Assembly: GCA_963772835.1 (NCBI GenBank)
Contig: CAVYYZ010000002.1
Span: 320,001-384,000, forward strand
Source of the DNA: an uncultured delta proteobacterium
GTDB lineage: Bacteria > Desulfobacterota > Desulfuromonadia > Geobacterales > Pseudopelobacteraceae
Length of the DNA stretch: 64,000 bases
Reading direction: 5' to 3'
Shown: positions 40,583-51,405 of the stretch, in pieces
How the letters are laid out: every line of letters begins with the position of its first letter
How positions within the stretch are numbered: position 1 is the stretch's first letter
Made by a program: the position numbers and the translations under genes
The notes under the pieces: generated by a model
What the model was told of the DNA's origin: nothing
What the model saw: the letters and a program-made list of their open reading frames with translations, nothing else
Database searches by the model: none

Positions 40583-42250
40583 ATGAAGATTTGTAGCTTC
40601 ATTTTACTGCTGACCCTCCTGAACATTCCCGTCCTCGCATTTTCAGCAGAACCGCAACGTATTCCCGCACCGTCCCGCATAACAGCCGTCACCGTCTACG
40701 CCGACCGGGCACTGACCACCCGCAGCACGACACTTACTCTCAAACCGGGAAGTTACCTGATCACCTTTGAATCTCTGCCGGCACTGATACTGGATGACTC
40801 GGTACGGGTTGATGGCAAAGGAACCGCAGCGACGATAATAACGGGTCTGGAAATAAAACGGGTTTTTCTGGAACAACGGGGCGAGAAACGTGTGCAGGAG
40901 CTGCAGGAGGAAATCCGTACTCTGGAAAAACGCTCCGCCGGCCTGGATGCAAAAAAAGCCGGCATCACCGCGCAAAAAGCCTTTCTCGAATCAATCCGGG
41001 TCGCCTGGGGTGACCGCATCTCGAAGGAACTGGCTGTCGGCCGCCCGACCGCAGCAGAGCTTCAGGATGCCTCCACGTTTGTCGGCAACGGTATAGCCAG
41101 GGCAGAAGAGCAGAGCAGGGAAATCGAGTTTGACAAGAAGATCATCATGGACAGGATCGACGCCCTTCACCGTCAGCAGAATGAGGCAACCGGTTCGGGT
41201 CGCAAAGAGGTCAAAACAGTCGAGGTGGCAGTTGAGGTCACCGGCAAAGGGAACCTGACACTTGAACTGACATCAATGATTTCCCGGGCAAGCTGGGAAC
41301 CGGCCTACGATGTCCGTCTCGCCTCAGACAGCAAAACAGCTGATCTTGTCTTTCATGCAAATATCCGCCAACAGACCGGTGAAGAGTGGCATGACGTCGA
41401 CCTGACCCTTTCCACCGCTCGCCCCGCCATCGGCGGTGCGCCGCCGGAGCTGACTCAATGGAATGTTTCATTTTACCGCCCCCGCCCGATGATGACGGAA
41501 AGGGTCTACCCTTCTGCAGCACCGGCGTATTCCGCTAGTGCGAAAAAGGTCAGCAGGGGCCAGATTGATTCCGGTGCTTCAGATATGGTAGCGGCCGAAG
41601 AAGCCGCCGCCGAATTTTCCGTTGCCAGGATCAGTGAGGAACAGTCCTCGGTTTCGTTCCACGTTCCCCGCCCGCTCGACATCCCGTCCGACGGCAACCG
41701 CCACGGCACCGTGGTCGCAGTTGAACAGCTGCCTGCCAGTATCGAATACCTTGCCATACCAAAACTGTCGACAGCGGTATTCCTCAAATCAGAGTTTGTC
41801 AACCGCGCCCCCTACCCGTTCCTGCCCGGTAAGGTCAACACCTTTATCGGCACCAGCTTCACCGGCAGTTCCCAGCTGAAAAAAGTCGCCGCAGGGGAAA
41901 AGTTCGAACTGTTTTTCGGCAATGATGACCAGGTATCGGTAAAACGGGATGAGTTGAAGCAGCACAAGGAGGCGGGGCTGTTCGGTAAAAACCGCATCAG
42001 CTACCGCTATCGCATCGAGATGAACAATTTCCGCAAGGAACCGCTGACCCTCTCCCTGCAAGACCAGTTACCGGTAGCCGGCGAAGAGGAGATCAAGGTA
42101 TCACTGGAGGATCCGTCCCTCAAGCCGGCGGAGATCAAGGGCGATGGCACGGTGGTCTGGAAGACGCAGCTGATGGCGGGAGAAAAGAAGGAGTTGACCT
42201 TTGGCATCCTGGTGGAATACCCGAAAGACAAAGAAATCACCGGTATGTAA
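40583..42250 (+). CDS. Secreted DUF4139/DUF4140 (MuiA-like) protein
   Basis: Signal peptide from ATG 40583 (AAGGAG RBS), ITAVTVYADRA, SWEPAYD, QQTGEEW, LSTARP. Confidence 0.85.
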   Translation: MKICSFILLLTLLNIPVLAFSAEPQRIPAPSRITAVTVYADRALTTRSTTLTLKPGSYLITFESLPALILDDSVRVDGKGTAATIITGLEIKRVFLEQRGEKRVQELQEEIRTLEKRSAGLDAKKAGITAQKAFLESIRVAWGDRISKELAVGRPTAAELQDASTFVGNGIARAEEQSREIEFDKKIIMDRIDALHRQQNEATGSGRKEVKTVEVAVEVTGKGNLTLELTSMISRASWEPAYDVRLASDSKTADLVFHANIRQQTGEEWHDVDLTLSTARPAIGGAPPELTQWNVSFYRPRPMMTERVYPSAAPAYSASAKKVSRGQIDSGASDMVAAEEAAAEFSVARISEEQSSVSFHVPRPLDIPSDGNRHGTVVAVEQLPASIEYLAIPKLSTAVFLKSEFVNRAPYPFLPGKVNTFIGTSFTGSSQLKKVAAGEKFELFFGNDDQVSVKRDELKQHKEAGLFGKNRISYRYRIEMNNFRKEPLTLSLQDQLPVAGEEEIKVSLEDPSLKPAEIKGDGTVVWKTQLMAGEKKELTFGILVEYPKDKEITGM

Positions 42251-42303
42251 ACTCGGTCAGATGCTTGCGATAACGCAGCGGGACAAGCTCTGCTGCAGTA
42301 TTG

Positions 42304-42364
42304 GATTATGCCGTTCTGTGATTGCGTGGCGCTGAAAACAGCGCGGCCACAGAGCGGCATAGTC
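42304..42364. repeat. Long hairpin (17-bp outer stem with two G-U pairs plus inner GCGCTG/CAGCGC stem)
   Basis: GATTATGCCGTTCTGTG pairs with CACAGAGCGGCATAGTC. Confidence 0.7.
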
Positions 42365-42484
42365 GTGTTCTGTCGCGGTGAGTACCGGCCGGGCGGACAG
42401 TTAGACGTCCCTGATCAGCCGCCATGATGTCAGAAAGTTCATGGTCAGATCGACATCTTCGTCAGGCGTCACTGCAATGAGAAC

Positions 42485-42522
42485 TGCATACTGCATGACA
42501 GAATGTGTCATGCAGTAATGCA
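42485..42522. repeat. Perfect 12-bp inverted repeat between convergent genes
   Basis: TACTGCATGACA-gaatg-TGTCATGCAGTA flanked by TGCA on each side. Confidence 0.7.
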
Positions 42523-42541
42523 ACAGCCAAAGACAATACGG

Positions 42542-43717
42542 TTACACCGCCTGCAGCACAAAGCACTTCAGATATTCCGACTCCGGAAACGACAGCAGTA
42601 CCGGGTGATCCGCCGCCTGGCTGCAGGTTTCCACCAGTCGCACCTCGCGCTTCGCCAGCTTCGAGGCCTGAATCAGCATGTCGCGGAACGCTTCGCGCCC
42701 CATGTGATATGAGCAGGAACAGGTGATCAGGTAGCCGCCCGGCTCCAGCAGTTCCAGGGCACGGCGGTTGACGGTCAGGTACCCTTTGGTCGCCTCGGCG
42801 ATGTTTTTGCGGTTTTTGACGAAGGCAGGGGGGTCCATCACGATCACGCCAAAACGCTGTCCCTCCTGGTGCAGCGAACGGAGCCGTTCGAAGGCATCGC
42901 ACTCCTCAAAACGCACCCGATCGGACATCCTGTTCAGCTTGGCATGGCTGCTGGCCTGTCCCACGGCCCGGGACGAAATATCGACCCCCAGTACCGACTG
43001 TGCCCCGAACGCTGCTGCATGCACCGCCCAGCCGCCGGTGTAGCAGAAGCAGTCGAGCACTTTTTTCCCGGCACTGATCTCCCTGAGCAGCAGATGGTTC
43101 TGCTTCTGGTCGAGAAAGCCCCCGGTCTTCTGCCCTTCCCGCAGGCTTACCTGAAAGCGGAGACCGTTCTCATCCATATCGACCCGTTCCGGAACATCAC
43201 CCCACAACAGCTCCACCTGCTCCTCCAGCCCTTCCAGCTTGCGGACACTCACATCGTTACGGGCGATGATGCCGAGCGGGTTGAATACGTTCTTGAGGGC
43301 CGTCACAATCTGCTCGCGACGACAATCCATACCGGCGGAAAGGAGCTGGATCGACAGGTAGTCGCTGTATCTATCCACCACCAGTCCCGGCAGAAAATCA
43401 CTCTCGCCATAGACGGCGCGGTAGGTGGTCAATCCAGGGTAGCGGGCCTGACGGTGAGCCAGTGCTGCCGTAATCCGCTCTTCGAAAAACCCCACCGTAT
43501 CGATATCCTCCCGAACCCGCGACACAACCCTGAAGGCAATCAGTGAATGCGGATTGTAATGGCCAACAGCGATAAAGCCGCCAGCGGCGTCATACAGTTC
43601 CGCAGCAGTTCCGGCGGTACGCTCTCCTGTTATCTCGCGGATCTCGTTGCTGAATGCCCAGGGGTGTCCGGACTTGATACGGCGATCTTCGTTTTTGTTG
43701 AGGGTGATTCTGGTCAT
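42542..43717 (-). CDS. RlmI-family 23S rRNA m5C methyltransferase
   Basis: GHPWAFSNEI PUA domain, GQKTGGFLDQ, DPPAF, SCS. Confidence 0.9.
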   Translation of the reverse strand: MTRITLNKNEDRRIKSGHPWAFSNEIREITGERTAGTAAELYDAAGGFIAVGHYNPHSLIAFRVVSRVREDIDTVGFFEERITAALAHRQARYPGLTTYRAVYGESDFLPGLVVDRYSDYLSIQLLSAGMDCRREQIVTALKNVFNPLGIIARNDVSVRKLEGLEEQVELLWGDVPERVDMDENGLRFQVSLREGQKTGGFLDQKQNHLLLREISAGKKVLDCFCYTGGWAVHAAAFGAQSVLGVDISSRAVGQASSHAKLNRMSDRVRFEECDAFERLRSLHQEGQRFGVIVMDPPAFVKNRKNIAEATKGYLTVNRRALELLEPGGYLITCSCSYHMGREAFRDMLIQASKLAKREVRLVETCSQAADHPVLLSFPESEYLKCFVLQAV

Positions 43718-43777
43718 GTTAAAGTCCTCTGCCTGCGCAACTATCTGCAAGGTTTGATTTAATTTCGGCCGTCATGC

Positions 43778-43806
43778 TTGACAGCCAATTCCTTGTACAC
43801 CATTAT
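43778..43806 (+). promoter_or_regulatory. Putative sigma70 promoter for the lysE-rsmI unit
   Basis: TTGACA-17 nt-CATTAT. Confidence 0.55.
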
Positions 43807-43841
43807 GGCGGAAATTACTTTACAAACATCAGAGGATATAC

Positions 43842-44471
43842 ATGATGGATCCTGGAATACTTATCATGTTTTTTACCACCTCGGTTCTGCTGGCTCTCTC
43901 GCCCGGTCCGGACAATCTGTTTGTCATGACACAGGCCGCACAGCAGGGTAAAAAAGCGGGCCTTTTCGTCACACTGGGGCTTTGCACCGGACTGCTGTTC
44001 CACACGGCCGCAGTTACATTCGGACTGGCCGCACTCTTCAAAACCTCCGCGGTGGCCTTTACAACCCTGAAATTTACCGGGGCCGGCTACCTGCTCTACC
44101 TGGCATGGGTATCTTTCCGGGCCGGGGTTGAAACTGGACCGGCAACTGAAGCTGGCCGGCTTGACTCTGCCGCACTTTACCGCCGCGGCATCATCATGAA
44201 TATCACAAATCCCAAAGTGTCGATTTTTTTCCTCGCATTTCTGCCGCAGTTTGCCGATCCGTCAAAAGGTTCCCTGGCCGTGCAGCTTCTGCTGTTGGGG
44301 GGAATATTTATTGTCGCTACAATTATTGTCTTCGGCACGATCAGCATCCTGACCGGGGTCATCGGTGAACGGTTCCGAAAATCAGCTTTTGCCAGGAAGT
44401 TTCTTAATCGTGCGGCCGCAGTCATCTTTACCGGGCTGGCAGCCAAGCTGGCACTGGTGCAACGGGGATGA
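43842..44471 (+). CDS. LysE/RhtB family translocator
   Basis: SPGPD, GAGYLLYLA, NITNPK, AFLPQF. Confidence 0.92.
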   Translation: MMDPGILIMFFTTSVLLALSPGPDNLFVMTQAAQQGKKAGLFVTLGLCTGLLFHTAAVTFGLAALFKTSAVAFTTLKFTGAGYLLYLAWVSFRAGVETGPATEAGRLDSAALYRRGIIMNITNPKVSIFFLAFLPQFADPSKGSLAVQLLLLGGIFIVATIIVFGTISILTGVIGERFRKSAFARKFLNRAAAVIFTGLAAKLALVQRG

Positions 44472-45307
44472 CTACCGCCACCCTGTACATCATCGCCACA
44501 CCGATAGGCAATCTGGAAGACATAACCTACCGGGCTGTACGGATTCTGGGAGAGGTTGATCTGATCGCCGCCGAAGATACCCGGCATTCTCTCAAATTGC
44601 TCAATCACTTTGGCATATCCAAACCGCTGACCTCATATTTTGACCACAATCAACAGCTCAAGGGTGAACGTATTCTGAATGCTCTGCGACAGGGGAAGTC
44701 GGTTGCGCTGATTTCAGATGCCGGGACCCCCTGCATCTCCGACCCGGGCTACCAGCTGGTTCGCGATGCGGTCGCCGAAAACATTCCGGTGGTTCCGGTC
44801 CCGGGGGCATGTGCCGCCGTAGCAGCTCTTTCAGCATCGGGACTGCCGACCGATGCCTTCACTTTTGCCGGGTTTCCTCCATCACGTCAGGGAAAGCGAC
44901 GTACTTTTCTATCCGGGATGAGCGACCTTCCCGGGACATTGGTACTTTACGAGGCTCCCCACCGATTGCTGCAAACGCTGAGCGACATTCACGAAGTACT
45001 CGGAGAACGTCAGGTGATTGTTGCGAGAGAACTCACCAAAATGTATGAAGAGTGTATCCGCGGCACGGTATCAGAAGTAATCGCTTCCGTTTCACAGGGC
45101 ATTGTACGCGGCGAAGTGGTGGTTTTAATTGCGCCAGGCGAAGTAACGCAGCCGGAGAGTGAGCCGCTGGAGCGTGTACTTCGCCGTTTGATGGGCGACG
45201 AATCGCTCTCCATCAAAGACATAGCAAAACAGGCGGCCGTAATTTCAGGAGTGTCTCGCAGCGAGGCGTATAGTGAAGCATTGAGATTAAGAAATAATAC
45301 TGATTGA
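44468..45307 (+). CDS. rsmI: 16S rRNA C1402 2'-O-methyltransferase
   Basis: ATPIGNLEDIT, AEDTR, SDAGTPCISDPG, RELTK. Confidence 0.96.
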   Translation: MTTATLYIIATPIGNLEDITYRAVRILGEVDLIAAEDTRHSLKLLNHFGISKPLTSYFDHNQQLKGERILNALRQGKSVALISDAGTPCISDPGYQLVRDAVAENIPVVPVPGACAAVAALSASGLPTDAFTFAGFPPSRQGKRRTFLSGMSDLPGTLVLYEAPHRLLQTLSDIHEVLGERQVIVARELTKMYEECIRGTVSEVIASVSQGIVRGEVVVLIAPGEVTQPESEPLERVLRRLMGDESLSIKDIAKQAAVISGVSRSEAYSEALRLRNNTD

Positions 45308-45380
45308 ACTTGAAATCATGGAATTTCAGCTGGATAGTGTGGTATAAAGAGCCGATACAATTTCAAATCTGGAGTAGTGA

Positions 45381-46730
45381 ATGAAAATCTGTATATTTGG
45401 TGCCGGATATGTCGGCCTTGTTGCCGCTGCCTGCTTCGCCGAAAGCGGCAACAGTGTAATTGCCGTTGACATCGACAGTGCACGGATTGAGGGCCTTAAA
45501 CAGGGGGTCATACCGATCTATGAGCCGGGGCTCAAAGAGATGATCCTGCGCAATCAGACTGAAGGCCGGCTCTCGTTTACTGTTGATATGGAAGAGGCTG
45601 TCAAAGCGTCACTGATCTGCTTTATCGCCGTTGGAACACCTCCGGGAGAAGACGGCTCCGCCGACCTTACATATGTCCTTGGTGTTGCCCGCGATATCGG
45701 CCGGGTCATGAACGGCTTCAAAATCATTGTCGACAAATCGACCGTTCCGGTCGGCACCGCCGACAAGGTCCGCGACGCAGTACTGAATGAATTGGCTGTG
45801 CGCGGCGTTGACTCGGAGTTCGACGTCGTATCCAACCCCGAATTTCTCAAGGAAGGGGCTGCCATTGACGACTTTATGAAACCGGACCGGGTCGTTATCG
45901 GCTGCGACAACGTCCGCACCGCCGAAATCATGAAAGAGCTCTACGATCCCTTCATGCGCAAACAGAACCGCATGATCGTCATGGATATCCGCAGCGCGGA
46001 GATGACAAAATACGCCGCCAATGCCATGCTCGCCACCCGCATCTCCTTCATGAACCAGATTGCCAATCTGTGTGAACGAATGGGAGCCGATGTGAAAGCC
46101 GTTCGTGAGGGAATCGGCTCAGATTCACGTATCGGCTACGACTTCCTTTTTCCCGGCCCCGGCTACGGCGGTTCATGTTTCCCCAAGGACGTTAAAGCCC
46201 TGATCAGAACCGCTGAAGAATCAAACTATGACTTCCTGCTGCTGAAAGCCGTCGAAGAGGTCAACGAACTCCAGAAGGATATCCTGGCAGCAAAGCTTAT
46301 CAAGCTGCTCGGCTCCTCCGGTCAGGAGCAACCGCTGACCGGTCGCATCGTCGCCTGCTGGGGGCTCTCCTTCAAGCCCCGCACCGATGATATGCGCGAA
46401 GCTCCGGCCATTACGATCATTGAACACCTGCTGTCCGCCGGCGCAACAGTTCGGGCCCATGACCCGGAGGCGATCAAGGAGGCCAGAAAAATCTTCGGTG
46501 ACCGGATAGAATACAGCAGCAACCAGTATGATATTCTGGACGGAGCCGATGCCTTGGCTATCATCACTGATTGGAGCGAGTACCGCAACCCGGATTTTGA
46601 GCGCATCAAAACCGCGCTCAGATCACCGAATGTCGTGGATGGACGTAACCTGTACAAACCTGATCGCATGGCTGCCGACGGGTTCACCTACATCCCGCTC
46701 GGACGCAGCAGCAGCGGAGGAGTGAAATAG
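45381..46730 (+). CDS. ugd: UDP-glucose 6-dehydrogenase
   Basis: [31 protein letters not shown]. Confidence 0.95.
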   Translation: MKICIFGAGYVGLVAAACFAESGNSVIAVDIDSARIEGLKQGVIPIYEPGLKEMILRNQTEGRLSFTVDMEEAVKASLICFIAVGTPPGEDGSADLTYVLGVARDIGRVMNGFKIIVDKSTVPVGTADKVRDAVLNELAVRGVDSEFDVVSNPEFLKEGAAIDDFMKPDRVVIGCDNVRTAEIMKELYDPFMRKQNRMIVMDIRSAEMTKYAANAMLATRISFMNQIANLCERMGADVKAVREGIGSDSRIGYDFLFPGPGYGGSCFPKDVKALIRTAEESNYDFLLLKAVEEVNELQKDILAAKLIKLLGSSGQEQPLTGRIVACWGLSFKPRTDDMREAPAITIIEHLLSAGATVRAHDPEAIKEARKIFGDRIEYSSNQYDILDGADALAIITDWSEYRNPDFERIKTALRSPNVVDGRNLYKPDRMAADGFTYIPLGRSSSGGVK

Positions 46731-46731
46731 C

Positions 46732-47667
46732 ATGCGGATACTGGTAACCGGCGGTGCCGGCTTCGTCGGTTCACATCTCTGCGAACGCCTCCTCGGCGAA
46801 GGGCATGATGTCATCTGTCTTGATAACTTTTTCACCGGCAGCAAGGACAACATCATTCATCTGATGGACAGCCACCGCTTCGAACTTGTCCGTCATGACA
46901 TAACCGAACCGATTCTTTTGGAAGTTGATCGCATCTACAATCTGGCCTGTCCCGCCTCCCCGATACATTACCAGTACAACCCGGTCAAAACGACCAAAAC
47001 CAGCGTCATGGGAACCATCAACATGCTCGGACTCGCCAAACGGGTCAAAGCGCGCATCCTGCAGGCCTCCACCTCCGAGGTCTACGGCGACCCACATGTT
47101 CATCCGCAGACCGAGTCCTACTGGGGCAACGTCAACCCGATAGGCATACGCAGCTGCTATGATGAAGGGAAACGTGTCGCTGAAACCCTGATGATGGATT
47201 ATCATCGCCAGAACAAGGTCGACATCCGCATCATCCGCATCTTCAACACCTATGGGCCGCGTATGGCGGAAAATGACGGTCGTGTGGTATCCAACTTCAT
47301 CCTGCAGGCACTCAGAAACAACGACATCACCGTCTATGGCGACGGCTCCCAGACACGTTCGTTCTGCTACGTCTCTGACCTGGTGGAAGGGATGGTACGC
47401 ATGATGGAATGCCCGGATTTTATCGGTCCGGTGAACATCGGAAACCCGGTCGAAAATTCAATCCTTGAGTTTGCTGAAAAAATCATTACAATAACAGGAT
47501 CAAAGTCGAAGATCATCTTTCAGCCGCTGCCACAGGATGACCCGAAACAGCGGCAGCCTGACATTTCCCTTGCTCGTGAAAAACTGGCATGGGAACCGGC
47601 TGTTATGCTGGATGACGGGCTTACATTAACGTCGGCATATTTTGCTGATCGGATCAGGAAAGGGTAA
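46732..47667 (+). CDS. uxs: UDP-glucuronate decarboxylase (UDP-xylose synthase)
   Basis: [30 protein letters not shown]. Confidence 0.93.
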   Translation: MRILVTGGAGFVGSHLCERLLGEGHDVICLDNFFTGSKDNIIHLMDSHRFELVRHDITEPILLEVDRIYNLACPASPIHYQYNPVKTTKTSVMGTINMLGLAKRVKARILQASTSEVYGDPHVHPQTESYWGNVNPIGIRSCYDEGKRVAETLMMDYHRQNKVDIRIIRIFNTYGPRMAENDGRVVSNFILQALRNNDITVYGDGSQTRSFCYVSDLVEGMVRMMECPDFIGPVNIGNPVENSILEFAEKIITITGSKSKIIFQPLPQDDPKQRQPDISLAREKLAWEPAVMLDDGLTLTSAYFADRIRKG

Positions 47668-47970
47668 ATGATCAATCTGCCCCTTCAAAAAAAGATGTAT
47701 ATCATTCCGGCAGGATGCCTGGCATTCATCCTGTTTTTCACTGTTTTTGGCGACAAAGGTCTCCTGCGTATTTTTGAACTCAAGCAGGACAAAAACAAAA
47801 TTGAATCCCGTTTATCTGAAAGCAGGACTGATAATGAAAGACTTAAGCGTGAGATAATAGCTCTCAAATCAGATCGCCGCTACCTTGAAAGTATCGCTCG
47901 CAAAGATTTCGGCCTTGTGCGCAGCAATGAAGTCATCTACCAATTCCCGCAGAAAACGAAGCAACCGTAG
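47668..47970 (+). CDS. ftsB: FtsB/DivIC septum formation initiator
   Basis: TM, FGDKG, coiled coil, IARKDFGLV. Confidence 0.85.
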   Translation: MINLPLQKKMYIIPAGCLAFILFFTVFGDKGLLRIFELKQDKNKIESRLSESRTDNERLKREIIALKSDRRYLESIARKDFGLVRSNEVIYQFPQKTKQP

Positions 47971-47986
47971 TTCCAGGACGTACTCC

Positions 47987-48157
47987 ATGACGCGACAAAA
48001 ATGCGCTGTTTGTGCCTGGCGCGAAAACTGTTCAAAACGATTCTGCATACCTGATGGAGGCGCCAGATGCCCGGATTTTACCCGGGATGTCAGCATCAAG
48101 GGTGATGCAGAAGATATCAACAATACAAACGACAAGAAAGTACAGCCCCTAACATGA
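47987..48157 (+). CDS. Small Cys-rich hypothetical protein (CxxC-x4-C-x4-C-x7-C)
   Basis: ATG with AGGA RBS; fills the ftsB-argS gap; stop overlaps the argS start (ATGA). Confidence 0.65.
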   Translation: MTRQKCAVCAWRENCSKRFCIPDGGARCPDFTRDVSIKGDAEDINNTNDKKVQPLT

Positions 48158-49845
48158 TGAGAAACCGAATAGCTCCTCTCCTTGAATCTGCACTGATCAA
48201 AGCCCACGCGGCTCTAGAATTGACAACTTTTCCCCGACCGGCCATCATCATCGGCCATCCAGCCAACCCTGAACATGGAGATTTTTCCTGCAATATCGCC
48301 ATGCAGATAGCCAAAGGCGAGCGCAAAGCGCCACGCCAGGTGGCTGAAATCATCATTAAACATCTTGGTGATGGTGACGGCCTGTTGGCAAAAAGCGAAA
48401 TTGCCGGGCCCGGCTTCATCAATCTGTTTGTATCCGAAAAGGCATGGCAGGCTTCCCTTCTTGAGATTGAGGCAGAGAAGGACGGGTACGGCCGCACTTC
48501 AAGCGGAGCAGGAAAAAAGGTTCAGGTAGAGTTTGTCAGTGCCAATCCGACCGGACCGCTGCATATCGGTCACGGTCGCGGGGCGGCAATCGGCGATACT
48601 CTCTGCCGGGTACTTGATGCTGCCGGATGGGACGTGACCCGCGAATTCTATTACAACGATGCCGGCGTTCAGATCAGCAACCTTGCCCTTTCCGTTCAGC
48701 TGCGCTGCCTTGGCGTTGAACCGGATGACCCGCGGTGGCCGGAAAACGGTTACCAGGGAGAGTATATCAAGGATGTAGCCAGGGCCTATCTCGCGTGCGA
48801 AACCGTGGAAGCCACTGACCAGCAGACGACAGCCTCTGGAGACACTGAAAAACTTGAGGATATACGCCATTTTGCCGTCGCTTGGCTGCGTCGCGAACAG
48901 GACCTTGATCTTGAAGCTTTTGGTGTCGCGTTTGATGTCTATACGCTTGAATCGGCACTCTACAGCGAGGGCAGAGTTGATGCAGTTGTCCAGAGATTGA
49001 TCGCCAATAAACACGCCTACGAACACGATGGCGCGCTCTGGCTCCGCTCTACCGATTTCGGCGACGACAAAGATCGCGTCATGCGCAAAGCTGACGGCAG
49101 TTATACCTATTTCGTACCTGACGTCGCCTATCATCAGGCCAAATGGGAGCGCGGTTTTACCAGAGTTATCAACGAGCAGGGGTCTGATCACCACAGCACG
49201 GTTACCCGAGTCCGCGCCGGGCTTCAGGCTCTTGACATCGGAATTCCGCAGGGATGGCCTGAATATGTGCTGCACCAGATGGTGACAGTCATGCGAGGCG
49301 GCGAAGAGGTAAAAATATCCAAAAGGGCCGGCAGTTATGTCACCCTCCGCGACCTGATTGACGAGGTAGGACGTGATGCAACCCGCTTCTTTTTTCTGAT
49401 GCGCAAACCGGATGCCCAATTGGTATTCGACATCGACCTTGCCAAGCAGCAGACCAACGAAAACCCGGTTTATTACGTCCAGTATGCCCATGCCCGTATC
49501 TGCAGCATTTTTGAGAACGCTGTAGAAAAGGGTTTTATCGCCCCGGAAAAACCCGCTCCAGCGGATCTTGCCTGCCTCTCAACTCCCGAGGACCTGCAGA
49601 TGATTAAGCTTCTGACAGCACTGCCTGACACGGTAGATGACTGTGCCGTTCATTTTGAGCCTCATCGCCTGACATATTACCTGAGTGAACTTGCCAGTTG
49701 TTTTCATGGTTTCTATAACAAAAACCGCGTTATCAGCGAAGATCAAACACTAACGGCAGCCCGCCTCTACCTTCTGAAACGTACCGCCCAGACTCTTAAA
49801 AACGCCCTCTCTATCCTGGGTATATCTGCACCGGAACGGATGTAG
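48154..49845 (+). CDS. argS: Arginine--tRNA ligase
   Basis: [31 protein letters not shown]. Confidence 0.97.
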   Translation: MMRNRIAPLLESALIKAHAALELTTFPRPAIIIGHPANPEHGDFSCNIAMQIAKGERKAPRQVAEIIIKHLGDGDGLLAKSEIAGPGFINLFVSEKAWQASLLEIEAEKDGYGRTSSGAGKKVQVEFVSANPTGPLHIGHGRGAAIGDTLCRVLDAAGWDVTREFYYNDAGVQISNLALSVQLRCLGVEPDDPRWPENGYQGEYIKDVARAYLACETVEATDQQTTASGDTEKLEDIRHFAVAWLRREQDLDLEAFGVAFDVYTLESALYSEGRVDAVVQRLIANKHAYEHDGALWLRSTDFGDDKDRVMRKADGSYTYFVPDVAYHQAKWERGFTRVINEQGSDHHSTVTRVRAGLQALDIGIPQGWPEYVLHQMVTVMRGGEEVKISKRAGSYVTLRDLIDEVGRDATRFFFLMRKPDAQLVFDIDLAKQQTNENPVYYVQYAHARICSIFENAVEKGFIAPEKPAPADLACLSTPEDLQMIKLLTALPDTVDDCAVHFEPHRLTYYLSELASCFHGFYNKNRVISEDQTLTAARLYLLKRTAQTLKNALSILGISAPERM

Positions 49846-49856
49846 CGGAGACCACC

Positions 49857-50639
49857 ATGCGCATAGACTACAGTGAACCGAAAAAATCATGCAGTTCCCC
49901 CCAGGGGAGCCAGAATCGCCCCAGAAAGGAATCTTCAGGGGGGATACTTATAGTTGCCTTTTTCACCGGCATTATCTGCCTCGGAATCGGCTTTGCCAGT
50001 GGCTGGATGTTTTCCCAGCGCTCAGCCAAAAAAGGCTTCAAGGCTGCGATGGAACAACAAAGCCTTGAAAATTCTCCACAAGACGCTAAGACCCTGCAAT
50101 CATCGCAACTGCCGGCATCCCCGCCACCCGCAGCTCAGTCACAACCTGCCGGTTCTACCCCGCAACCGGCAAAACCCGGTGGAGCGCAGACGGCGGTCGA
50201 TCCACCACTCAGTTTTTACAAATCCCTTCCAAGCGGCCAGAAGAGCAATGTAATGGGGAGCGGAATCAATTCAAGAGAGGACAAACCGGCAAAACAGCCT
50301 CTCCAGGCTGCCATGCCCGCTAACTTATCCAGGCCGGCTCCGAATCAGAACTATGACACGACGGTCCAACCCGTACCGGCAAAACCGGCGGCAGCTCTTC
50401 GTCCGGATGCGACCGGCCTCACGGTCCAGGTCGCTTCGTTCAGCCTCAAGTCAGAGGCCGAGACAATGCGGGGGAAACTGGCGGCCAAAGGATATAACGT
50501 CAATATTGTAGAATCTCATTTGGGTGATAAGGGAACCTGGTATCGTGTCCGTGTCGGCAGACGTCTTGATCCGGAAGCGGCGAAAGAGCTGGCCGGGAAG
50601 CTCGGCAAAGGGGCGATCGCAATCCCAGACAAAGAATAA
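49857..50639 (+). CDS. SPOR-domain cell division protein (FtsN-like)
   Basis: TM, P/A/Q linker with LSFYKSL, SPOR motifs VQVASF and WYRVRVG. Confidence 0.88.
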   Translation: MRIDYSEPKKSCSSPQGSQNRPRKESSGGILIVAFFTGIICLGIGFASGWMFSQRSAKKGFKAAMEQQSLENSPQDAKTLQSSQLPASPPPAAQSQPAGSTPQPAKPGGAQTAVDPPLSFYKSLPSGQKSNVMGSGINSREDKPAKQPLQAAMPANLSRPAPNQNYDTTVQPVPAKPAAALRPDATGLTVQVASFSLKSEAETMRGKLAAKGYNVNIVESHLGDKGTWYRVRVGRRLDPEAAKELAGKLGKGAIAIPDKE

Positions 50640-50758
50640 TATTTCTGCCGCATCCCCCACAAACCGTACAAACATGGTGCGAACGCAACAAAATCAGGCC
50701 TAAAATGGGCGCCACTTTATTTCCGGACCAATAAATTATGCCGTAGCGAAAGTTTTTA

Positions 50759-50788
50759 TTGACAACTTCCACACTCTCCTGTTATAAG
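50759..50788 (+). promoter_or_regulatory. Putative sigma70 promoter of the tRNA pair
   Basis: TTGACA then TG-n-TATAAG, 17 nt upstream of tRNA-fMet. Confidence 0.6.
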
Positions 50789-50805
50789 TTCGGTTCACTT
50801 CATGT

Positions 50806-50882
<77 letters not shown>

Positions 50883-50932
50883 AAATCATTATCGCCCCTT
50901 TGGTATTACCAACCTAAGGGGCGTTTTCAAAT

Positions 50933-51009
50933 GGCGGTGTAGCTCAGTTGGCTAGAGCAAGCGACTCATATTCGCTAGGTCCGGAGTTCAAATCTCTGCA
51001 CCGCCACCA
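50933..51009 (+). tRNA. tRNA-Met (elongator-type, CAT)
   Basis: GGCGGTG/CACCGCC acceptor stem, AGCGA-CTCATAT-TCGCT anticodon arm, GTTCAAAT T-loop, encoded CCA. Confidence 0.93.
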
Positions 51010-51019
51010 TACATGAACA

Positions 51020-51064
51020 AGCTCTGTAAGCTCTCTAGCTACAGGGCTTTTTCTTTTTCTTTTT
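51020..51064 (+). terminator. Intrinsic terminator after tRNA-Met
   Basis: AGCTCTGTA...TACAGGGCT hairpin followed by T-rich tract. Confidence 0.7.
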
Positions 51065-51405
51065 CTATCTGTTTACACCTACGGCACGTATTCCACAGCG
51101 CGTTCCATAAGGCATCAACACTGGTTCTAATGAGAAGAGTCTGGTACGGCAGCGGGATTAACAAAAGTATTGCTGGAGGTTCTGATAGAATTGACTATGG
51201 GCTTTTCATCAGGCAGGTTTGCAGGAGCTTACGCGGGTTTAAAAAATGCGTCGAATTTTGCTATACATTCCGGCCTCAACGAGAGGACTACCCAGAGGCC
51301 TCTTTGAACCGGCTTGTAAGCATACACTCTGCAGGTATCAGGACAATTAAAGGGAAGATTCAAAACAGTAATGTATCGTTGCAGCACAACCAGCGACTTT
51401 TGAAT

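Noticed and set aside
48499..49491. 330-aa antisense ORF (also 6391-7131, 13168-13875, 42869-43546, 54113-54727, 57666-58313)
   Set aside because: Shadow frames opposite well-conserved genes, with no motifs
50933..51009. Second CAT tRNA as tRNA-Ile2 (lysidine)
   Set aside because: The GGCGGTG acceptor stem resembles elongator tRNA-Met more closely; not fully excluded without a covariance model
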